Source: Phycisphaeraceae bacterium
Lineage (GTDB): Bacteria; Planctomycetota; Phycisphaerae; Phycisphaerales; Phycisphaeraceae
Direction of reading: 5' to 3'
Assembly (NCBI GenBank): GCA_963674705.1
Contig: OY771506.1
Span: 1,600,001-1,664,000 of the forward strand
Length of the DNA: 64,000 nt
Within the stretch, counting starts at the first letter, position 1. Each line of letters begins with the position of its first letter. A model generated the notes under the pieces. The model was not told the DNA's origin, searched no databases, and saw only the letters and a list, made by a program, of their open reading frames with translations. Made by a program: the position numbers and the translations under genes. Below, piece after piece: positions 41,586-51,863 of the stretch.

Positions 41586-42197
41586 TCATCGCTCCGCCAG
41601 CGCCAGCTTCACCGCGAGCAATCCGAACGCTCCCGCGAAGCTTCTGCGTAGCCACGTCATCACGCCCGGCCGACTGATCACGTGGTCCCGCGCCGCGGAT
41701 GCACACGCGCCGTACCCGATGAACACGATCAACGTCAGCCCCATGAACACCGCTGCCAGTAAAAGCATGTGCATCGTCGGATGACTCACGCTACCGGGAA
41801 TAAACTGCGGCAAGAATGCCAGGAAAAACAGCGACAGCTTCGGGTTCAATACGTTTAGCAGGATGCCATCTCGGATGAGTTTGATCGATGTCGACCGCGT
41901 CTTCTGCTCCGGCACCTGTAGCGCCCCGCTCTGACGCAGCATCGCCCATGCCATATACAACAGGTAAATCACACCCAGATACTTCACCACCACAAATGCC
42001 ATCGCACTGGTATGCAGCAACGCCGCAAGCCCGACGATGCTCGCAATGATGTGCGGCACGATCCCAAACGTACACCCCACCGCCGCCACCACGCTCGCCC
42101 TGAATCCCTGTCCAAGCCCGATCGCCAACGTATACAACACCCCCGTCCCCGGCACGAGGACCACGATCAGCGAGGTTAGGAGGAATTCGTAGGACAT
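41586..42197 (-). CDS. LysE/RhtB family translocator
   Basis: PGTGVLY, KYLGVIYLLYMAW, LNVLNPKLSLFFLAFLPQF. Confidence 0.9.
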   Translation of the reverse strand: MSYEFLLTSLIVVLVPGTGVLYTLAIGLGQGFRASVVAAVGCTFGIVPHIIASIVGLAALLHTSAMAFVVVKYLGVIYLLYMAWAMLRQSGALQVPEQKTRSTSIKLIRDGILLNVLNPKLSLFFLAFLPQFIPGSVSHPTMHMLLLAAVFMGLTLIVFIGYGACASAARDHVISRPGVMTWLRRSFAGAFGLLAVKLALAER

Positions 42198-42240
42198 CAA
42201 AGAATCACCATATTGAGACGCTTCATATTGTAGTGAAATT

Positions 42241-42298
42241 AGCCATAAAAAAGCACAGAATCCACAAAAGGGGCTGGGGTCTAGGGACTGGGGTCTGG
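42241..42298. repeat. Half copy of the family B arm followed by degenerate GGGNCTR heptamers
   Basis: AGCCATAAAAAAGCACAGAATCCACAAAAG then GGGCTGG GGTCTAG GGACTGG GGTCTGG. Confidence 0.6.
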
Positions 42299-42305
42299 TC
42301 AGATA

Positions 42306-42695
42306 TCATGACTTGGCAGAGGTAGACCCGTCAGACGACTGGTTATGACAAAACCACCAGTAACCACGACGGGCAGATTCGATTAAATCCGTAACTGTAA
42401 TCGGTATCAGCCCTGCCCTTTCCTCGGGTGTTGTACGGCTGAAGGGTTGATTAAATAAACCAAGGATCAAAGAGAAAAAAGTGGGCGGGAGTTCCGGACC
42501 AAAATGTTGGTCTACCCGGCAATGACGCATGTCAATACTGAACTTTCGGGCAAACTCTTCAAGAATCTCATCACCATCCATTCCATCAACACCCAGATCG
42601 CCAAAGAGTGTGGATGATTCGTTGATGCGATCTATCGGAATCCCGGTAAAGTCGGAAACAAAGCTGATGACTTTCTGGGATAGTGAATCCATCAT
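42306..42695 (-). CDS. DUF1493-like (acyl-carrier-fold) small protein, AT-richer than its neighbours
   Basis: LFGDLGVDGMDGDEILEEFARKF and PITVTDLIESARRGYW. Confidence 0.6.
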   Translation of the reverse strand: MMDSLSQKVISFVSDFTGIPIDRINESSTLFGDLGVDGMDGDEILEEFARKFSIDMRHCRVDQHFGPELPPTFFSLILGLFNQPFSRTTPEERAGLIPITVTDLIESARRGYWWFCHNQSSDGSTSAKS

Positions 42696-42782
42696 CCAAC
42701 CAATCAGAATGAAGAAGGCTTCGCCTGCCAATTATACACGAACAATATTAACGCCAGCCATACCATATAAGAGTGCTTAATC

Positions 42783-42912
42783 GGCCACAAAAAGGCACAG
42801 AACACACAAAAGGGTGCCCCCTCAAACACATAAGCATAACTTCCATGCTCAGATAAAACTGCACAGAAACCAGGAACCAGCCCTTTTGTGTGTTTTGTGT
42901 CTTTTCGTGGCC
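42783..42912. mobile_element. Miniature inverted-repeat element, family B (direct repeat of 41423-41557)
   Basis: Shares the arms and the spacer CCCCCTCAAACACATAAGCATAACTTCCATGC with the 41423 copy. Confidence 0.7.
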
Positions 42913-42934
42913 AAGACTTCTTCCGAACAGTTTC

Positions 42935-44764
<1,830 letters not shown>

Positions 44765-44912
44765 GGGGTTCAGCTTATCGGTAAGTGTGTACGCAAGCCA
44801 GAGAATCTAACTATTTAAGGTAAAAATACATACAAAACTGCTTACCCATCAAGTCGTATTGTGCCTACAATATGCTCCTCGACTATAAAGCCCCGAATCG
44901 GAGATTCAAGAT

Positions 44913-45311
44913 ATGCATATGAAAGCTCATGATAAGGACCTCGGGCCGGAGATCGTGCCCGTCAAGTTTATCCTGGAAGACCCGGAACCGTTGACCGGCA
45001 ATCATGAGAAGGAGATCGACCTCAAAGCCGCGATCGGCGAGTCGATCCTCGAACTGGCGCTCGATCACGGCATCAACATCGAACACGCCTGCGGTGGCGT
45101 CTGCGCCTGCTCCACCTGCCACGTCTATATAGATAAGGGTGAAGAATGCTTCGACGAAGCCGAGGACGAAGAACTCGACCGCGTCGACGAAGCCCCCGGC
45201 GTCGAACTGAACAGCCGACTCGCCTGCCAGGCCATCGTCAAGCGCGAAGGCGAAGTCGTCGTCCGCGTCCCCGCCTGGAACCGCAACGCGGTGAAGGAAG
45301 TGCCGCATTAG
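44913..45311 (+). CDS. fdx: 2Fe-2S ferredoxin (ISC/adrenodoxin type)
   Basis: EHACGGVCACSTCHV ... SRLACQ. Confidence 0.9.
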   Translation: MHMKAHDKDLGPEIVPVKFILEDPEPLTGNHEKEIDLKAAIGESILELALDHGINIEHACGGVCACSTCHVYIDKGEECFDEAEDEELDRVDEAPGVELNSRLACQAIVKREGEVVVRVPAWNRNAVKEVPH

Positions 45312-45347
45312 GTGAGGGTGTGGGGTTAAAATCAAAGACAAAGAACC

Positions 45348-45382
45348 AGACGTGCAACTTCACGGTTGCGCGTCTTTTTTTT
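45348..45382 (+). terminator. Intrinsic terminator
   Basis: AGACGTGCAAC / GTTGCGCGTCT stem plus T-tract. Confidence 0.75.
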
Positions 45383-45500
45383 ATTTGCCAACGCCGGTCC
45401 CGAGCGCAGTGAAGGTCCGGGCGGGTTTGTAGCAGGTGAATGTAGACCAGCAGAACAGTAGACCCTTCTCACCTGTTCACCTGCACCTGCTTCAACTGCT

Positions 45501-45923
45501 CTAACTCCCGATCATCCAAAGCGCCAACACCCCGCGCAGCGACCACAACACCGTCCGCAACCAGTTACTTCTCACGAGCAACCGATGCGCAGCCGGATCA
45601 AAACCGCTTTCCAGTTTACGATGCTGCGGAACCTGCAAGAACGCTGTCGACAGCCAGAGCAACACGACCATCGCAAGACCGGCATTCGTCATCCACAAAT
45701 CAACCCCCGCCGGTGGTGCGATCAATAACCAAATCGCGGTCGCCAGTTCCACCAGCATCGGCGGACCAACGACCCACGTCGTCAGCCGTTGATGATGCTT
45801 TTCGTATTCTGTAAACCCTTCGCTGCCGACGCGCGCCATCAGCGGGTAATGTACGACCTGCACGAACCAGATCAGGCCCGTCATGTACAGCGTCGCGCCG
45901 GCGTGGATCAACAGGAGCATCAT
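45501..45923 (-). CDS. Conserved four-TM membrane protein (DUF1772-like) in the photolyase operon
   Basis: TGLIWFVQVVHYP, VVGPPMLVE, QVPQHRKL, NWLRTVLW; GGAG ribosome-binding site. Confidence 0.7.
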   Translation of the reverse strand: MMLLLIHAGATLYMTGLIWFVQVVHYPLMARVGSEGFTEYEKHHQRLTTWVVGPPMLVELATAIWLLIAPPAGVDLWMTNAGLAMVVLLWLSTAFLQVPQHRKLESGFDPAAHRLLVRSNWLRTVLWSLRGVLALWMIGS

Positions 45924-45938
45924 GGCGTCGCGCTCCTT

Positions 45939-46412
45939 TTAAGCAAACAAGTCGGCGAGCACCTTCTGGCGGTGCGCGAAGATCGCTTTGACATCGCGCT
46001 TGACAAACAGCGCGTTGATGATGGGCCCGCCCTTCGGCCGATACTCGACGCGGTCGCCGATCAGCGTCCCATCACCATCTTCTTTGAACCAGTGCGTGTG
46101 ATACCACAGATGGTACGGGCCCTTAAGCTGCTCGTCCGCAAACCGGTGCGGCGGGTCCCACTCCGCGATGCGCGTCCGCCACCTGATCGGCAAACCCTTG
46201 ATGCGGATCTTGTAATCGATCAGCGTGCCGACCTTCATCTCGATAGGCGTGGGCGTGATGATCTGAAATCGTACGCTGCTCGGTGTGATGCGCTCGAGAT
46301 TCGATGCATCACTGAAAAACTTGAACACCTCATCGATCGGCCGATCGATACGCTGCTCCGCGAGCACGAGTGTGTTCTTGCCATGTTTCTCGAATGTGAC
46401 GTTGTTGCTCAT
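45939..46412 (-). CDS. SRPBCC (START-fold) ligand-binding protein
   Basis: VFKFFSDASNLERITP, FADEQLKGPY..W.HTH.F, IFAHR; ATGA overlap with phr. Confidence 0.85.
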   Translation of the reverse strand: MSNNVTFEKHGKNTLVLAEQRIDRPIDEVFKFFSDASNLERITPSSVRFQIITPTPIEMKVGTLIDYKIRIKGLPIRWRTRIAEWDPPHRFADEQLKGPYHLWYHTHWFKEDGDGTLIGDRVEYRPKGGPIINALFVKRDVKAIFAHRQKVLADLFA

Positions 46413-47881
46413 TTGCTTTTCTTGATGGTGTCCAGCGCCGCAAGCGCCTTGTTGCGCGCTTCGCTGTGGTCGACGATTGGTTTGGGATAGTCTTTACCCA
46501 GCGTGATCCCCGCTGCTTTTAGAACCTCGGCCGGGGCTTTGGCAGGTTCGTGGATGTATTTATCTTCGAGTTTGGCAAGCTCAGGCACCCACTTGCGGAC
46601 ATACGCACCATCGGGGTCGAACTTCTTGCCTTGCAGCGTCGGGTTGAACACGCGGAAGTACGGCGCAGCATCAGCGCCGCAGCCGGCCGTCCACTGCCAG
46701 CCAAGCGTGTTGCTTGCAAGGTCCGCATCGACCAGCGTATCCCAGAACCACGTCGTGCCTTCCTGCCAACTGATGAGCAGGTCTTTGACGAGAAATGATG
46801 CCACGATCATCCGCACACGATTGTGCATCCAGCCGATGTGCCACAGCTCGCGCATCCCCGCATCGACGATCGGGTAGCCGCTCAAACCTTTCTGCCAGGC
46901 TTTGAGCGATTTGGCGTTCTTCTTCCACGGGAACTTTTTGAATTCCGGGCGCAGCGGGTTGTTGGCCGTATCGGGGAAGTGATAGAGCAGGTGGTAAGCA
47001 AACTCGCGCCAGCCGACCTCGCGCAGGTACGACCACGCGTTTTTACGGTTGCCGGCATTCATCCCGGCATTGATGCGTTTCGTCACGGCATGCCATATCT
47101 GGCGAGGGCCGATCTCGCCGAAGTGCAGGTGCGGACTTAGGCGTGATGTGCCGCGCACATCAGGCCGATCGCGGTCCTCATCGTAGTTGCGTATCGCTTC
47201 ATCTAGAAATTGTTCGAGTGCTTCGGCTGCGCCTTGTTCGCCGGGCGTCCACGCTTCACGTATCCCCTTCGCCCAATCGATCTTGGGCAGCAACTCAAGG
47301 TCATCCAGCTTAAGCGACTTGGGCCACTTCTTAGGTGACGGGATATCTCCGGGGCCTGGCACTTCGCATGCTTTCTCCGGCGCGGGCCGATCCGTGCATG
47401 TTTTCCAGAACGGTGTAAACACCTTGTAAGGATCACCCGCCTTCGTCTTCACTTCCCAAGGCTCAAACAGCAGCGACAGGTTAAAACTCTTCGCTTCAAT
47501 ATCATCATCACGCAACGCCGACTTGATCCGCTTATCCCGCTCGATCGCGGCCGGTTCGTAACAGCGGTCCCAATACACCGTGTCCGCCCCGGTCTCTTCG
47601 ATCAATTCACGCAACACTTCTTCGCAAGGCCCACTGCGGATAATCAGCCTGCTGCCGAGGTCTTTTAAAGATTTACTTATTGCCGCCAATGAATGATGAA
47701 GCCACCACCGACTCGCCGCTCCAGCGGGCCAGTCGCCCTCTTCTTCGGGTGAGTAAATATAAACCGGAACGATCGCCCCGTCCCCGGACGCATTCGCTGT
47801 GCGATCACACGCCGCCACCAGCGCCGGATTATCCGCCAGCCGAAGCCCCCGCCGAAGCCAGAGCAAAGTTGTCGCCGCCAT
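46409..47881 (-). CDS. phrB: Deoxyribodipyrimidine (CPD) photolyase
   Basis: WLRRGLRLADNPAL, TSRLSPHLHFGEI, WREF, GYPIVDAGMRELW..GWMHNRVRMIVASFL.KDL, DAAPYFRVFNP. Confidence 0.94.
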   Translation of the reverse strand: MAATTLLWLRRGLRLADNPALVAACDRTANASGDGAIVPVYIYSPEEEGDWPAGAASRWWLHHSLAAISKSLKDLGSRLIIRSGPCEEVLRELIEETGADTVYWDRCYEPAAIERDKRIKSALRDDDIEAKSFNLSLLFEPWEVKTKAGDPYKVFTPFWKTCTDRPAPEKACEVPGPGDIPSPKKWPKSLKLDDLELLPKIDWAKGIREAWTPGEQGAAEALEQFLDEAIRNYDEDRDRPDVRGTSRLSPHLHFGEIGPRQIWHAVTKRINAGMNAGNRKNAWSYLREVGWREFAYHLLYHFPDTANNPLRPEFKKFPWKKNAKSLKAWQKGLSGYPIVDAGMRELWHIGWMHNRVRMIVASFLVKDLLISWQEGTTWFWDTLVDADLASNTLGWQWTAGCGADAAPYFRVFNPTLQGKKFDPDGAYVRKWVPELAKLEDKYIHEPAKAPAEVLKAAGITLGKDYPKPIVDHSEARNKALAALDTIKKSK

Positions 47882-47908
47882 GGGTACAGGTTAGCAGGAG
47901 GATGGTGA

Positions 47909-48129
47909 AACCGCGAAGGCGCTAAGAGCGCGAAGAAGTGTAGCCGCGAATGGACGCGAATCAACGCGAATTGGGATTAGGGTTGGGGGTTGGGGATTAG
48001 GGATTAGGGAAGGGTGCGTTATTGGCCTCGTATCATTGACCAGCCACTAGCCACTAGCCACCAAATCCCATTCGCGTTTATTAGCGTTCATTCGCGGCTA
48101 ATCAATTCTTCTTCGCGCTCTTCGCGGTT
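47909..48129. repeat. Nested inverted-repeat element (outer family D, inner family C, heptamer core)
   Basis: Outer AACCGCGAAG..GCGCGAAGAAG / CTTCTTCGCGCTCTTCGCGGTT; inner TAGCCGCGAATGGACGCGAAT / ATTAGCGTTCATTCGCGGCTA; core GGGATTA-type and ACCAGCC/ACTAGCC heptamers. Confidence 0.75.
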
Positions 48130-48142
48130 CCCCTGTTCTTAC

Positions 48143-49678
48143 TCACACATCAAACTTGATCCCCTGCGCCAGCGGCAGCGCGGTGGAGTAGTTGATCGTT
48201 TGCGTGCTGCGGCGCATGTAGGCTTTCCAGGCATCGGAGCCTGATTCCCGGCCGCCGCCGGTTTCTTTTTCGCCGCCGAACGCGCCGCCGATTTCCGCAC
48301 CGCTCGTGCCGATGTTGACGTTGGCGATGCCGCAGTCGCTGCCGGCTGGGCCGCAAAACAGTTCCGCCTCGCGCACGTTGTCGGTGAACACCGCGCTGGA
48401 CAAGCCTTGCGGCACATCGTTATGAATCTGCACCGCTTCATCGAAGTCGTCATAGGTGATGACGTACAGGATCGGCGCAAATGTTTCGGTCTGCACGCAC
48501 TCGGCATCCGGCGCGATCTCGACGATCGCGGGTTTGACATACACGCCGCCCGCCGGCACGCCATCCGTCACGCGCCCGCCGCCATACAACACCTTGCCGC
48601 CCTGCTGCTTCACCGCTTCAAGCGTCTTATCCATCGCCTCGGCCGCGGCTTCATCGATGAGCGGGCCGATCAGCGTGCCCTCTTCAACCGGGTTGCCGAT
48701 CTTGATCTGGTCGTACACCTTGATCAGGCGCTCAACGATCGTGTCCTTGACGGATTTATGGGCGATCAGACGACGCAGGCTGGTGCAGCGCTGCCCGCAC
48801 GTGCCCACCGCCGCGAATGTGATCGCCGGCAACGCAAGATCAAGATTCGCGCTCGGCGTCAGGATCATCGCGTTATTGCCGCCGAGTTCCAGTAGCGCCC
48901 GTCCCAGCCGAGCGCCGACCGCTTTACCGACCGCCTTACCCATCGGGATCGAACCGGTCGCGGAGACCAGGGGCAGCTTCTTCGAGTTGGAAATCACTTC
49001 TCCGGTATCGCGCAGCCCGACGACGACGCTACTTATCCCCGCAGGACATTCATCCATCTCGTCGATCACTTCATTCAAGAGATTCTGACACGCCAGCGCG
49101 CAGAACGGCGCTTTTTCCGATGGCTTCCACACCACCGCGTCGCCGCAAACCAGCGCCAGCGCCAGGTTCCACGCCCAGACCGCGACGGGGAAGTTAAACG
49201 CGCTGATCACGCCGATGGGCCCGATCGGGTGCCACTGCTCGGCGAGTCGATGCTCGAAGCGTTCGCTCGCGATCGTCAGGCCGTACAACTGCCGGCTCAG
49301 ACCCACCGCGAAGTCGCAGATGTCGATCATCTCCTGCACTTCGCCCTCGGCTTCCGCCGTGATCTTGCCGACTTCCCACGCGACCAGGGCGCCGAGCGTC
49401 TGCTTGTATTCACGCAGCTTCACGCCGAACCGACGGACCAGTTCGCCTCGCACGGGCGCGGGCACGGTGCGCCACTTCTTGAACGCCTCGGCCGCGCTGT
49501 CGATCGCCTTCTCCGCTTCGGTCGGCGTCGCGAGTGTGACCGCCCCGAGCTTGCTGCCGTCGATCGGGCTATGGATGTCGATCGCTTGGCCGCCGGCCTG
49601 CGGGTTCTTGCCGCCGTAGGCCAGGCCCGACATGGTTTCGCTCAGTCCGAGTTTGGGGAAGAAGTCTTTGGGTTGCAT
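48143..49678 (-). CDS. Aldehyde dehydrogenase family 7 (L-piperideine-6-carboxylate/alpha-aminoadipate-semialdehyde dehydrogenase-like)
   Basis: GEVQEMIDICDFAVGLSRQLYG, ISAFNFPVAVW, LELGGNN, GQRCT, GAEIGGAFGGEKETGGGRESGSDAWK. Confidence 0.92.
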   Translation of the reverse strand: MQPKDFFPKLGLSETMSGLAYGGKNPQAGGQAIDIHSPIDGSKLGAVTLATPTEAEKAIDSAAEAFKKWRTVPAPVRGELVRRFGVKLREYKQTLGALVAWEVGKITAEAEGEVQEMIDICDFAVGLSRQLYGLTIASERFEHRLAEQWHPIGPIGVISAFNFPVAVWAWNLALALVCGDAVVWKPSEKAPFCALACQNLLNEVIDEMDECPAGISSVVVGLRDTGEVISNSKKLPLVSATGSIPMGKAVGKAVGARLGRALLELGGNNAMILTPSANLDLALPAITFAAVGTCGQRCTSLRRLIAHKSVKDTIVERLIKVYDQIKIGNPVEEGTLIGPLIDEAAAEAMDKTLEAVKQQGGKVLYGGGRVTDGVPAGGVYVKPAIVEIAPDAECVQTETFAPILYVITYDDFDEAVQIHNDVPQGLSSAVFTDNVREAELFCGPAGSDCGIANVNIGTSGAEIGGAFGGEKETGGGRESGSDAWKAYMRRSTQTINYSTALPLAQGIKFDV

Positions 49679-49722
49679 GGGGTGTCTCTATGAATTCGGG
49701 GTGAATGTTCGGGTTTTTTGTT

Positions 49723-49905
49723 TAGCCGCAAATGGACGCGAATCAACGCAAATGGGGATTAGGGATTGGGGATATATACTCTGTCAGCCACCAGCCACCA
49801 GCCACCAGCCACCAGCCACCAGCCACCAGCCACCAGCCACCAGCCACCAGCCACCAGCCACCAGCCACAATCCTATTCGCGTCTATTAGCGTTCATTTGC
49901 GGCTA
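49723..49905. repeat. Inverted-repeat element family C containing 12 tandem CAGCCAC heptamers (49785-49868)
   Basis: TAGCCGCAAATGGACGCGAATCAACGCAAAT ... ATTCGCGTCTATTAGCGTTCATTTGCGGCTA. Confidence 0.85.
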
Positions 49906-49978
49906 TATAAGCTAAATTAACAGCCCCCAACGGATGCCACCCACCCGTCGGGGCAAAGATTATAGAACAATTTGCCGC

Positions 49979-51289
49979 TCATTCATAGAGCAGGTATGGC
50001 TTGCGATCCTCGCGGAATTGCTTGCACTGCTGACGCCAGCGGGCGAACAGCCCATCCAACGGGGCGCCTTCCATCAGCAGCAGCCTCGCCTCGTTCGTGC
50101 CGGTCGCGATATCGAACGACCGATCGCGCTTGCCGTCGCCGAACATCAGCTTCGGGCCCAGGGTCTGAGCCACCTTGAAGTTGATTTCCACCAAGTTCAC
50201 CGGCCGATCCAGATCGATGTACACCTGCACCCCCTGGCAGACCTCACCCTGGAACCGGCTGTAGAACGGCTTGAACCACGCCGGCCTGAATGTCACACCC
50301 AGCGGCGCGTGATGCGAATTCATACGCAGCAGCTTGTGCTCATTCAGCCGTGTATACAAATCACGCGGATCATCCCACTGGCTGTTCAGCGCACGCGCCA
50401 GATACTCACCGTTAATCCCCGGTGCGCCGACCAGCTCGAACGGCTGCGTGTAACCCACGCCGATCGATATCGTGTTCAGCTCCCCGATGATCCCCGTCGC
50501 GACGTAGTACGCACACGTTTCGGCGTGCGGGATGTGCGGGCTCGTAATCACCCACTTCAAACCCGTGCTCTCCCAGGTCATGTAACGGTGCCAACCCTCC
50601 ATCTGCACGACCGTCAGCTTCTTGTAATCCGGTGCGTACTTGTCGCGCACCAGTAAAGCCAACTCACCCATCGTCATGCCATGCACGTAAGGCACGGGGA
50701 TGTGTGAGATGAACGACTCGAATCCTTCTTCAACCATACCGCCTTCGATCCGGTCCCCGCCCAACGGGTTAGGCCGATCCAGCACGATGAACTCGATGTC
50801 TTCCTCGGCACATGCTTCCAGGCAGGCACGCATCGTGCTCACAAACGTGTAGCTGCGCGCCCCGATATCCTGAAGATCGAACACCAGCGCGTCGAGGTTC
50901 TCAAGCATCATGTGCGTCGGCTTGCGGTTTTCCCCATACAGCGAATACGCCGGCAGTCCGGTCCGCTCATCGGTGCGGTTCTCGATCTTGTCCCCGGCAT
51001 AGACATCCCCATACACGCCGTGCTCCGGCCCGAACAGCGCCACCAGTTCCCCGTTCTTGATGCTGTTAAGCGACTGGACCGTCGGCATGAAGCGGCTGTC
51101 CACGCTCGCCGGGTGGGCCACCAGCCCGAACTTCTTGCCACGCAAAATCTCGTAATTGGATCCGCGCAGCACGTCGATACCGAGTTTGACCGGTTGATTG
51201 TTCATCTGTGCCTGTGCCACCCCACTAAGAAGAAGCATGAGTAAAAACAGCATCGAGCCCGCCAAAGCCTGTCTGATACTTAAGTGCAT
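49979..51289 (-). CDS. namZ: DUF1343 exo-beta-N-acetylmuramidase (NamZ/YbbC-like), secreted
   Basis: Signal peptide; LFGPEHG, YSLYG, FDLQDIGARSYT, VLDRPNPLGG, HGMTMGELA, W..TSPHIP. Confidence 0.85.
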   Translation of the reverse strand: MHLSIRQALAGSMLFLLMLLLSGVAQAQMNNQPVKLGIDVLRGSNYEILRGKKFGLVAHPASVDSRFMPTVQSLNSIKNGELVALFGPEHGVYGDVYAGDKIENRTDERTGLPAYSLYGENRKPTHMMLENLDALVFDLQDIGARSYTFVSTMRACLEACAEEDIEFIVLDRPNPLGGDRIEGGMVEEGFESFISHIPVPYVHGMTMGELALLVRDKYAPDYKKLTVVQMEGWHRYMTWESTGLKWVITSPHIPHAETCAYYVATGIIGELNTISIGVGYTQPFELVGAPGINGEYLARALNSQWDDPRDLYTRLNEHKLLRMNSHHAPLGVTFRPAWFKPFYSRFQGEVCQGVQVYIDLDRPVNLVEINFKVAQTLGPKLMFGDGKRDRSFDIATGTNEARLLLMEGAPLDGLFARWRQQCKQFREDRKPYLLYE

Positions 51290-51372
51290 AAATGGAGTTC
51301 CTGGTGCATTTTGATGTGCATAGCCCAACCCACAGCATACAACAGATGCCCCGCTTGCGGTATCATCTCCGC

Positions 51373-51834
51373 ATGGAAATAAACGTCGAAACCATTGATG
51401 TCCCGATTAAACGCCTGCCCGGTAACGAGGATGTTCCTTTACCAGATTACCAATCCGACCACGCCGCCGGCATGGACCTGCACGCCGCCGTCGATGGGTC
51501 GATCATGATCCCACCCGGGGAAGTACGTATGATCCACTGCGGTTTCGCGATGGCGGTGCCCGTTGGTTACGAAGCGCAGGTCCGTCCGCGCTCCGGGCTC
51601 GGCGCCAAATACGGGATAACCCTGCCAAACGCGCCCGGTACCATCGATGCCGACTATCGCGGCGAAGTGATGGTCCCGCTGATTAACCACGGCTCGCAGC
51701 CGTTTGAAGTCACGCGCAGTATGCGTATAGCACAGATGCTTATTAAACCCGTACCCCGTACACAGTGGCAGGAAGTGGATGAGTTACCACCCACCAGCCG
51801 CGGTGAAGGCGGCTTCGGACATACCGGCCATTAA
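51373..51834 (+). CDS. dut: dUTP diphosphatase
   Basis: AAGMDL, QVRPRSGL, GTIDADYRGE, RIAQM, RGEGGFGHTG. Confidence 0.96.
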   Translation: MEINVETIDVPIKRLPGNEDVPLPDYQSDHAAGMDLHAAVDGSIMIPPGEVRMIHCGFAMAVPVGYEAQVRPRSGLGAKYGITLPNAPGTIDADYRGEVMVPLINHGSQPFEVTRSMRIAQMLIKPVPRTQWQEVDELPPTSRGEGGFGHTGH

Positions 51835-51863
51835 CACACGCTCACTTATAAAGGATCACGCAA

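Noticed and set aside
42306..42695. Acyl carrier protein
   Set aside because: The phosphopantetheine serine motif (DSL) is replaced by DGM; it fits DUF1493 better.
41423..42912. Integron attC cassette array
   Set aside because: The repeats lack RYYYAAC/GTTRRRY ends and no IntI-type integrase is present.
45431..45491. AGCAGGTG / CACCTG(T/C) short repeats between fdx and the photolyase operon (similar AGCAGGTGAG near 13958)
   Set aside because: Too short and too few to define a family from this window.
49732..49920. CRISPR array, or a QPPATSH-repeat peptide gene
   Set aside because: It is a spacer-less 7-nt tandem repeat inside an inverted-repeat element; no cas genes; the ORFs are by-products of the repeat.
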